Source: Micromonas sp. (lineage: Eukaryota). Taken from it: a stretch of DNA of 32,000 bases. Both the position numbers and the translations under genes were made by a program. Below, piece after piece: positions 9,626-18,400 of this stretch (its first letter is position 1; the number at the start of each line of letters is the position of its first letter). The stretch is taken from NCBI GenBank assembly GCA_000090985.2, contig CP001325.1:371041-403040 (forward strand). The letters run 5' to 3'. The notes under the pieces were generated by a model. It was not told the origin of the DNA, ran no database searches, and saw only the letters and a list, made by a program, of their open reading frames with translations.

Positions 9626-10582
9626 TCAGCGACGGATGAACCGGCCGAACCTCATCCACGCCCACGCCGCGGCACCCACGCCGGCTCCGCCCAGGTGAGC
9701 CGCGTGTCCGGTGCTCGACCCGCCCAGCCCCAACTGCGCGCCGTACAGGTCCCGCGACAGGAACAACGCCGCGAAGAGCCAGTTGGGCATCGGGATGAAA
9801 AAGTTGAGATAAATCGTGTTCGTCGGGAACACCAGCGCGTTCAGCAGCACGATCGCGTTTACCGCGCCGCTCGCGCCGAGCGCCGGCGGCGTCGTCAGGT
9901 ACCCCGCGGTGTTCTCCATCCATCGACCGGCGCGCTGCGAGATGAACCCCCGACGCCTGGACTGCCGTCGCTCCCGCTCCCACCGACACCACGCCACGTG
10001 CGTGACGCTCGCGGCGACGCCGCCTGCGAGGTAGAGATTCAGCAGGTACTTTGGCCCGAATATGCGCGACAGGTCCCGCCCGAAGTAGTACAGCGCCAGC
10101 ATGTTGGCGCCGAGGTGCCCGAGGTTGTAGTGCGAGAACGCGGACGTGACGATGGTGTGCACCCGACCGGCGTACACGGACTCCTCGCTGACGAGGAAGT
10201 TTTGCTGCATTAGCCTCGGATCGAGGGCGTGCCAACAGGCGAACACGAAGGCGTTGGCGCCCATGATGCTCCACAGCATCCGCTCGCCCTCCATGTTCGG
10301 CAGCGCGGGTGGCGCGCGGCGGTAGTTATTCGGCGGCGGGGGCCTGTAGTCGTTCCTGTAGTAGCCGAAGCGTCGCGAACGACTGGGCGCGCCGTGGCGG
10401 AGGAGGCTCCCGCCGTCCTTGAAGCATCGCAAGTCTCGCGCGACGACGCTGGGCGCTGACGCGGACGCCACCGCGCCCGATCTGAGGGCGGCGGCGGCGG
10501 AAGAGGATACGTGCGCAGATCCAGCGGAGGTCGCCATGCCAGCGGCCGCGCCGGACAGTCGCCTCGCCGCGTTCCTCCACAT
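9626..10582 (-). CDS. rhomboid-family intramembrane serine protease (PARL/mitochondrial-like presequence)
   Basis: The ORF-track start (10600) is a GTG. The first ATG is at 10582 (MWRNAARRLSGAAAG..). Multiple TM helices are present, with a catalytic GASGAV serine motif and a HLGGAGVG histidine motif, plus the conserved SAFSH.N..HL..NM block. Confidence 0.85.
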   Translation of the reverse strand: MWRNAARRLSGAAAGMATSAGSAHVSSSAAAALRSGAVASASAPSVVARDLRCFKDGGSLLRHGAPSRSRRFGYYRNDYRPPPPNNYRRAPPALPNMEGERMLWSIMGANAFVFACWHALDPRLMQQNFLVSEESVYAGRVHTIVTSAFSHYNLGHLGANMLALYYFGRDLSRIFGPKYLLNLYLAGGVAASVTHVAWCRWERERRQSRRRGFISQRAGRWMENTAGYLTTPPALGASGAVNAIVLLNALVFPTNTIYLNFFIPMPNWLFAALFLSRDLYGAQLGLGGSSTGHAAHLGGAGVGAAAWAWMRFGRFIRR

Positions 10583-10869
10583 CGCGTAGTGCTCGAGCAC
10601 AGTGACGACGTTTGAAGGCTCGAGTCCTCCAACTGCTCGACTGCGCGGTTATTGTCCGTAATTGAGGAAAACGAGGCAGCGCGCGACAAGTGAGGAACTC
10701 GGGACCCATACAGCAATTGGCTTCCAGTGGCTATTTAGTCTGACTCGTTTGCCAAAATTGACGTGTATATATTGCTACGAATCGCTGTGTACGCCAACAC
10801 AGTCACGAATGGTAAAATCATTCGGCACTCTTCCCCCGGCTGAACGGTCGGGCGAGTATCATCCTAGAC

Positions 10870-10941
10870 GGGACATTGGTCTAGGGGTATGATACCTCTT
10901 TCGGGTAGAGGTGGTCGAGGGTTCGATTCCCTCATGTCCCC
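10870..10941 (+). tRNA. tRNA-Pro (anticodon CGG)
   Basis: 72 nt. Perfect acceptor GGGACAT/ATGTCCC, U8, D arm GTCTAGGGGTATGAT, anticodon stem CCTCT/AGAGG, loop TTCGGGT (anticodon CGG). T arm GAGGG-TTCGATT-CCCTC, discriminator C. No encoded CCA. Confidence 0.9.
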
Positions 10942-10948
10942 AATATAC

Positions 10949-10953
10949 TTTTT
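10949..10953 (+). terminator. oligo-T RNA polymerase III terminator
   Basis: TTTTT lies 7 nt after the tRNA 3' end. A second T5 run is at 10956-10960. Confidence 0.6.
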
Positions 10954-11225
10954 GGTTTTTGGTGCCCGGGTCCAAGGCGCGCGGCGACCGCCGACGCGAC
11001 CCGTGAAACGCGTCCCCACGCGAAGGGAACGCGCGTTCACTACACGTCGTTCGCCGACGGTCTCGAGCGGGGCACGCGCCGTCGGCGGCGAAGGCGCGAC
11101 GAGTCTTCAATACCAGTATGTCGCTTTTTACCCACAAAAAAAATTATTATTCCCCAAGAAGTCCTCTGGACCTCCTTCGCACTCGTCTCGTCCGCGACGA
11201 CCCCGTCGCGCGGTTTCTCTCTCGA

Positions 11226-12033
11226 TCAATCCAGGTCATTCTGCGGGTGCTGGTGCGGCGCGCGCCTCTTCCTCGCCGAGCTCCGTCTGGGCGGCAGCTG
11301 CGCCCCGAGGCCCACGCCCCCTCTCGGAGCGCCCGCGTCGTCGCCCCCATCCTCCCCCGCGTCGACATCCATCGACGCAACCTCGGCAACCGCCGGGGAG
11401 GTTGGATCCGCCGCCGGGGAGGTTGGACCCGCCGCCGGCTCGGAAACCATCGGGTCGGGAGCCGCCGGGGAGGTTGGACCCGCCGGGTCGACGACGGGGA
11501 CGGCGGGGACCGGCTCGGTCGCGGCGGCGGCGGGAGCGGCGGCGCCTTCAAAGGGGAGGAGCGTGAAGCCTCCGCCGGGGGTGGGCACGAGCCTCAGCCG
11601 CGTCTGCCCGGTCTGTCTCACCTCCTGGTTGTTCTGCAAGTTATCCACGAGGTTGGATATGACGCTCTGGAACAGCTCCTGCGCGCCGTTCGCGCCCCCC
11701 GCCTGCTGCTGACCGGCCTGACCCTGCGCCGCCGCGCCAACCCCCGCCTGGCCCTGCTGCATGAACCTCTGCAGCATCTGCAACACCTCGGGCGGCGCGT
11801 TGTTGACCGGAGCCTGCTGCCCCTGACCCTGCGACTGGCCCTGGCCCTGAGCGTTACCACCGATGGGTAGGTTGACCTCCCACCGGTGAACGGTGACGCG
11901 ATGTTGCGGAGCCTGAGCCTGGGCATGTTGCGGAGCCTGAGCCTGGGCCTGCTGCTGAGCCTGAGCCTGGGCATGTTGCGGAGCCTGAGCCTGGGCATGT
12001 GCCGCCTGAGCCGGATGGTTCTGCTGCTGCTGC

Positions 12034-12073
<40 letters not shown>

Positions 12074-13662
12074 GCTGACCCCTTCCGCGGTGAAAGATGT
12101 TGTTGAACAGCGCGCCGACGAGACCGTGAATCGGTCCGTGCCCACCCTGCCCCTGATCCCGGCCTTGCGCCCGGTCTTGACCCTGGGCCGGAGCGGGAGC
12201 GGCGGCGGGAGCGGCGGCGGGAGCGGCGGCGGGAGCGGTGGGCTGCGCGTCAGCCGCCGGCGTGGGGTTGGGCCTCCTGCGAAGGAACCCCCGACGGATC
12301 GGATTGAACCCGGTCGCCTCACCCGCCGTCCGATCATCAGAGCCCGCGCGATCATCCGAGCCCGCGCCCGCGCCCGCGCCCGAGGAAAAGTCGGCGAAAG
12401 TCGGCGAGTCGAACGCCGCTCGCAAGCGATCCCGCGTGCGCCGGAGGATATCCGGGACCTGCGGGTGGTTCACCAACGACGTCGACTCGACTAAACCGAT
12501 GAGCTCGTTCTGGTGCCTCCGCAAAATTTCAAGCGTCTCGGTGTGGGTGCGCGCGACCCCTTCTTGCCGCTGCAGAAGTTGCTGCAACTGCGCGGGCTGA
12601 ATCGTGGCCACGTTCGCCGGTATCTCCGGTGGGTGGTTGTTCGCCCGTTCGCGGTCCATCGCGGCGCGTCGTTCGTCGCGGTGCCGTTGCAGCATGTCCC
12701 TGAGCCGTTCCGCTTCCTGACGAGCCGGAAGGGCGCCCGACTCGATGCGCTGCTGCAATATTTGGGTCAGCATATCCGTCAGTTCGCCGTTGGCCTGCGA
12801 CACGGCGGTGACGCTGCTCTGCACGCGGTCGGCCATCGACTCGGCCGACCGCATCATGCCGTCAAGCGCCTGGTCGATCATGTTGGCCATGAACGCCTCG
12901 ACGCCGCCGCCGGGGACGTTAGCCTCGGCGTTTGCGTCGCCCATGGTCGCGGGCATGGGCCTTCCCGCGGCGACGTTGACGCTCATCCGTTGCGCCCGCG
13001 CGTTAACGCCGTTGGCCACCGCTTCGGCGAAGGACGCGGGCATCTGCACGCCGGGCATGTTGTGCAGGCCCGCCTGCTGGATGGAGGGTCGCATCGATAA
13101 ACCGCTGAGCGGCTGCGTGCCCCCGCGCGGGTCGAGGTACATCAGCGGCGGAGCCAGAAAACCCTGCACCGCCGCGAGGGTAGGCGCGAGAGCGTCGGTG
13201 ACGTCGCCACCGCCCGCCTGCTGCTGCTGCTGCTGCTGCTGCTGCGCTTGTTCGTGTTGCCTCGCAAAGTTGCTCATAAACGGCGGCGGTTCCGAGGCGG
13301 CGCCGTTGACGTGCACGCTCGAAATCAGCCGCGCCAGCTCCATCATCAGCGACCCGGCGCTGTGCAGCGTCATCGACGTTCGCAGCATCTCCGCCTGCGC
13401 GGACGCGGTGGACCCGTCGACGGCAGGCACGCTCCCGAGCTCTCCACCCGCGCGTCTTCTCGCCTCCACGTCGCGCATGGTACCCGCCGTCGCCGCCACC
13501 GCGGGCATGATCCTCGCCACGACGTCGGCGGAATCGGAGAGGAGTGTCGCGAGGTCCGTCACGGTGACCACCGGCGGGACGCGCCTCACCACCTGCACCG
13601 TCGGCGTCGACGCCGCCGGTGGCTGTCGTCCGTCGTTTTGTCCGGCGTTTTGTCCGGCGTTT

Positions 13663-13693
<31 letters not shown>

Positions 13694-14783
13694 CGGCTCC
13701 GAGGACGGCCGCCTCGCCGCCTCTCACCCTCCCGCGCGCCCTCGCCTCCACGAACGACGCCGGCGCGGACGTCGGCGGCGGGACGAGGCCGGGCAGCGGC
13801 AGCGCGAGCCTCGCGAACGGCGCCTGCGGCGGGGTCTCACCGCCCGCGCCGTGGCACGTCTCGCACAAGTCGTAATCAGCCTCCACGACGCTCTTGAACC
13901 GGACGCCCGTGATGGGCTGGACCCCGCACGCGTCGCACTGGACCCCCGCGTGCACGCACGTGTTCGTCGGTTCATCGCTCGAAAGAGCCTCCTCCCGCGC
14001 CGCGACGGGCGGCGCGTCGGCCTCGTCCGTCGACATAGCCGCCGAGTCGCGATCGCTGGACGCGGCGTCGACAGCTGTGTCGACGGCTGTGTCGACGGCT
14101 GTGTCGACGGCTGCGTCGGCGCCGCGTTCCCTCTCGAGTTCCGTCGCGAGCCGGCGCATGGACTCGACGTGCGCGGTGATGACGTCCACCGGGTTTGTGT
14201 ACGCCGCGCGCGTGCCGGGAAGGTCTCCCGATGCGCCCGCGCGAGCCGCTCGAGCCGCGGCGGCGGGATCGCCGGCGGATGCGCCGCCAGCTGTGCCGCC
14301 GGGTTGCCCCGCGCCCGGGGCTCCTTCGACGCGCCTGATCGTCGGCGCGCCTCCGTTGGGTCCCATCGTCAGCTCGAACGTGACGTTCCCGCCCTCGCCC
14401 AGGGACGAGAAATCGTTCGCCGTGGTCGTCGTGCCGTGGCCGTTTCTGCTGAGCACCGCGTTGACCACCTGCGAGATCTGCGCGGCGCCCGTGGAGCCGT
14501 GGGGGATGTGAACCTGGCCCATGTGCACCAGGTTGGGCGGCATCCCGACCGCGTTCGCGTTCGCGTTCCCCGTGCCGACGCCGACGCCCTGGGCGGCGCC
14601 CTCCGTCGCGGCGGGCGAGTCCGGCGGGCGCTGGACGAGCAAGATCGTGTCTCCGTCGGTGAGGCGCGCGCTGGAGACGCGCTGATCGTCCTTGAGCACG
14701 CGGCCGCGGTGGATGAGGCGCTGCGTCGCGGCGGGCACGCCGCAGACGGGCTCGATCATGCCTTTCAGCGTGAGGACGTCGAC
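11226..14783 (-). CDS. BAG6-like ubiquitin-like-domain protein with ZZ zinc finger, exon 2 (main exon)
   Basis: Long open frame ending at TGA 11228-11226. It contains the C-terminal two-thirds of a UBL (VDVLTLKGMIEPVCGVPAATQRLIHRGRVLKDDQRVSSARLTDGDTILLVQRP). It also contains a ZZ-type finger (CVHAGVQCDACGVQPITGVRFKSVVEADYDLCETCHG), Q-, P- and A-rich repeats and a basic C-terminal patch (RRSSARKRRAP). Exon 2 starts after the acceptor CAG at 14786-14784. Confidence 0.8.
11390..11482. repeat. 21-bp coding repeat ccgccggggaggttgga(t/c)ccg, two tandem copies plus a third 30 bp away
   Basis: Copies at 11390-11410, 11411-11431 and 11462-11482. They encode the PTSPAA motifs on the minus strand. Confidence 0.85.
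11901..12014. repeat. 24-bp tandem repeat, about 4.5 copies (atgttgcggagcctgagcctgggc)
   Basis: Units at 11901, 11925, 11949 (variant ctgctgctgagcctgagcctgggc), 11973 and a partial unit at 11997. They encode AQAQAPQH-type octads on the minus strand. Confidence 0.9.
12021..12077. repeat. (CTG)4 CCG (CTG)12 CCG CTG microsatellite, encoding poly-Q interrupted by Arg
   Basis: Counted directly. It encodes QRQQQQQQQQQQQQRQQQQ on the minus strand. Confidence 0.95.
12195..12236. repeat. 12-bp tandem repeat gggagcggcggc, 3.5 copies
   Basis: Read directly. It encodes (AAAP)n on the minus strand. Confidence 0.85.
13218..13244. repeat. (CTG)9 microsatellite, encoding poly-Q
   Basis: Counted directly. 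It encodes EQAQQQQQQQQQAGG on the minus strand. Confidence 0.95.
13635..13670. repeat. 12-bp tandem repeat gttttgtccggc x3, followed by a GGC run
   Basis: Units at 13635, 13647 and 13659. They encode (AGQN)3 preceded by poly-Ala on the minus strand. Confidence 0.9.
14067..14114. repeat. 12-bp tandem repeat gtcgac(g/a)gctgt x4
   Basis: Units at 14067, 14079, 14091 and 14103. They encode (AVDT)n on the minus strand. Confidence 0.9.
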
Positions 14784-14950
14784 CTGAATGAGCCGTGGAG
14801 GGGAGTTGGATGACGCGTCAGGTTCGAGATCTACGGACGCTCGCATGCGGGGCGAGGGAAAAGAAGCGTGGGAGGCGAAAAGGAAGGTTGTGGACGCGGG
14901 AGGAAGTGTGCAGGAGGCGCGCGGGCGGCGAGGGTGCGGGGGGCACGCAC
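14784..14950 (-). other. spliceosomal intron (167 nt, phase 0) in the UBL-ZZ gene
   Basis: On the minus strand: donor GAT|GTGCGTGCCC at 14950, a pyrimidine-rich interior, CTGAC 33 nt before the acceptor, acceptor CATTCAG|GTC at 14784. Both junctions are in phase 0 with the flanking frames. Confidence 0.8.
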
Positions 14951-15049
14951 ATCGCCGGCGACGGTCAGAGAGTGCTCTCCCGCGGGTTCCTGCTGCCGGA
15001 TCTTGATCGTGATCTCGGCTCGCGCCGCGCCTCCATCCGGACCCTCCAT
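14951..15049 (-). CDS. BAG6-like UBL-ZZ protein, exon 1 (33 codons)
   Basis: ATG at 15049. MEGPDGGAARAEITIKIRQQEPAGEHSLTVAGD supplies the beta1-beta2 hairpin of the ubiquitin fold (compare [20 protein letters not shown]), which is missing from the long ORF. Confidence 0.8.
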
Positions 15050-15450
15050 CGCGGGCGCCTCGGGTCCTCCGCGCGGATGTGTAGTCTAGTCTTCTGAACG
15101 GCCGAGGTGCTTTTCGCAAGCACGGGTGCCCTTCCCGCGAGTTCCTTTAGCCACCCCGCGTGAGCCGGTCGACGATGCGGCACCGAATGAAGTGTCGATG
15201 CGCGACCGAGGGGGATGTCGAGCCTGTGTGCCCGCGCCTCGCGTCGAGGCTGTGAGTTGACCGAACGCGCGGTCCTGGTGAAGAAACCTCACGGGGCGGG
15301 CGATATCGGATTTTTTCTTCCAAACTGTAGACAAGTCTATGGAAACGTGGTTAGAGAATGAGCAAGAGTTGTCATTAACCTTGGATTATTATCCACCTCT
15401 CGTCATGATGTCATGCGACGCGCAAGTCGTATTTTGCATTTACCTCTTTG

Positions 15451-18400
15451 CTACTTGTAGCCACCGTTACCCGGCCGCCTTGACTTCCTCTTGTCCTGTT
15501 CCCTGCCCTCTTTTATCAGGCCCAACGCCAGCTCCTCGGCCATATGCTTCGTCAGGATGACCGGGAATTCGTCCTTGCCGTCCCTGATTTTCTCTCTGAG
15601 GTCCTTGCCGAGCCAGTCCCGGAAGTTCGTGTCCCTCAAGATGCTGGAACGACCCCGTTGTATCGTCCCTATCTTCCCCGGCCTCGACCCCATCTGCCAG
15701 GGCACGAGCTTAACCTGGTGAGGAAGACCATCCGGTTTGCTGCTAAGGAAAGCAGTCGGATCTAGGGGCTGATCGCCCAACTCCTCGCGATACATTCTTC
15801 TCTCACCCGCACCCTCGCGAGGCTGGGCCCGAAACACGTCGAGCAAGATTTGGTGACCGTCGTCATTCTTCGAGACGTCGCACAAGAAGATCACCGTGTT
15901 TGGCGACGTGATCCATTTTTGGAAGACCAAGCCGCCATCACTGGCCATGCCGATAAGTTTTTTCGCGTACGCCTCGTCGATACCCTCCCTGCGCGAGACC
16001 CAAATCAAGCCGCCGTCGATGTCTTTCGGGAGCTCGTCGCCGCGCTCCCGATCGCCGCCGGCTCGCGGCTCCGACCACCCGCCGGGTCCACCGTGACCGC
16101 CGCCGCCGTCGCGAACGTTCCTGTTCCTGTCTCGATCGCCGGGTCGCACGTTCCGATCGCGTTTATCCGGCGGCGTCGGCGCGAGGTAAGGAGCGGTCGG
16201 CGGCGGCGGCGGCGGCCCCGGCGGCGGCCAGCTCGGAGGCGGTCCCCGCGGCATGTGCGCTCCCATCGAGGCCATCGACCCCATCGAACTTTGCCGCATG
16301 ATCGGCGGAGGCGCCGGCGGCGGAGGCGCCGGCGGCGGAGGCGCGGGCGGCGGAGGCGCGGGCGCCCACACCGGGTGGCGCGCCCCCTCCAGTAGCAGCG
16401 AACGCTTCCCCGTCTTGGGGTTCACCGGCCAATCCTTGTACTTTTCCTTCTGTCGCGCGTACGCCGCCGCCTCGGACTCAACCTCCGACTCGCGCCGCGC
16501 CCTCTCCGCGTCAGCCTTTGCCCGTTTCTCGCGTTCCTCCTTCTCCTTTCGCTGCTTCTCCACCGCGCTGCCCATCAGGTTCATGCGCGCCGCGTTATCC
16601 TTCTCGCGCTTCTGCCTCTCCATCATCTGCTTGAGCTGCATCTGACGAGCCTCGCGGTCCTTGCGAGCCTTCTCCTCGCGCTCGCGCTTCTCCTCGTACG
16701 CGCGCTCTCGCGCCGCCGCCTCCGCTCTGGCCTTTTGCGCCTGCTGCTCGCGAAGTTCGTCAGCCTTGGCGCGTACCTGCGCGTGAACGTCCAGCGCTCT
16801 CTGGTCCTCCAGCGCTCTCTGGTCCTCTCTGGAGCTCTCTGGAGCGCTCTCCGGTCGTCCTTGATCGGTTCCCGAGCGGACGACGTCGACGAACGACTTC
16901 TTCCGGATCTTCTTCTCGGGCTCGTATTCCTCCCCGTCGTCGCCGTCGGCGGCGCCCTCGTCGTCGCCGTCGTCGTCGCGCAGCAGGTCGACCCTTCGTC
17001 GCTTCTCCTTCTTGGTCGCCCCGTCGATGTCCATGGGCTCCGGCTCCGCGGACCCCTCCGCCTTCGGCTCCCCGGACCCTTCCGTCTTCAGCCGACGCTT
17101 CTCCGCCACCGCCGCGAGCGCCGCCGCCGCCGCCCCGCCGCCGCCGCCCCCCGACGCGTCCATGGATCCTCGCGCGATTCTCGCCGCACCCGTCGCGCCC
17201 ACCCTGGGCACCGGCGGGTCCCCGGGCGAGAACACCTCCGCGTTTGAACGCATCCACGGCCCGCGGTCCTCGAGCGCGACGTTGTTCCAGTCGGCGTCGT
17301 ACTTGCGCTTGGCGATCACGGCGCACACGTCGTCCCCGTCCCGCAGGGCACCCCTCGACGGCGGCTTACGAGAATCCCTCGCTCGAACCAGGCACGCGCC
17401 GGGGACGCCGTCGGGGGAGACGTAGAGATCGTCCAGTCTCCGTTCCACCACCCTCTCCGTCAGGAACAGCTGGCGCGCGTCCGCAGCCTCCTCGGTGGCG
17501 AACGTGAGGTCGCCGTCCTCCTGCCACCCCGGCATCTTTCGCACCGGCCCGCCCTTGCCCAGGTGGTACGTCTCCCGGAGCTGCCGCCGGGTGAGCACCA
17601 TGCGGCCCGAAACCGTCGCGACGCCCTCGGCGCTCTCCCACGCCTCCGCGAGCATCAACAAGCATTCGTCGTTGAACCTGAGCACCGCGCCGGGGATGCA
17701 CATGACCCACCCCGTCGGCGACGTCACCGCGGGCGGTGGGCTTCCCTCCGGAGCCCCGCGCACGAGCACGAACGCGTACGCGGCGGCGTCTTCGGGGACG
17801 CGTTCCGAACCCGGCTTGCGCCTGCCGGGGACGCCCGACGTCACCTTGTTCGCCGCGATCGCCTCCGCCGTGGGCCAGCCCCATCGCATGCGACGAAGCA
17901 GCTGCTTGTCGACGGGCGCGCCCTCCGCCGCCGCCGCCGCGGGAGGCGCCGCGGGAGGCGCGGGGCGCTCGGCCGGGAGCGACCTCGACTTTGACCGCTC
18001 GAGCGATTTGGATTTTACCTTACCCGCCGAAGGTTCCGTCGACGCGGACTTTGACCGCTCGAGCGATTTGGACCTCACATTATCCGTCGACGGTTTCGGT
18101 TGCGTAGCCGCCTTCTTGGGGTCCGAATACTTCGCCACGAGGTCCTCGTCGCTCAGCTTTCCCCGATCCTCCTCCCTCTCCAGGTACCGCGTCACCGCCA
18201 CGATGGAGCGAAGCTGCGCCACGTGGGTTCCCGGCGCGTGAAACCCCTTGTCGTCCACGTCCCTGAACCACCGCCGCGTCTTGGTGTCCTGGTGAAACAG
18301 CCGGAACGATTTGTCCGCTTGTCCGCTCTCGTCGCCGCGGGGCAGGAAGCACACCCACACGTCCCCGCCCAGGACCCGGCCGCCAACCTCCTTGTGAAAG

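Noticed and set aside
12745-14813. 376-aa and 521-aa plus-strand ORFs
   Set aside because: They lie antisense to the UBL-ZZ gene. They are low complexity (poly-C/poly-A/Arg-rich) with no recognisable domain, while the minus frame has the UBL and ZZ motifs.
11390-18072. Tandem repeats considered as a CRISPR-like or satellite array
   Set aside because: The units are contiguous without unique spacers, are 3n in length, and lie in frame inside two long coding exons. They are coding micro/minisatellites.
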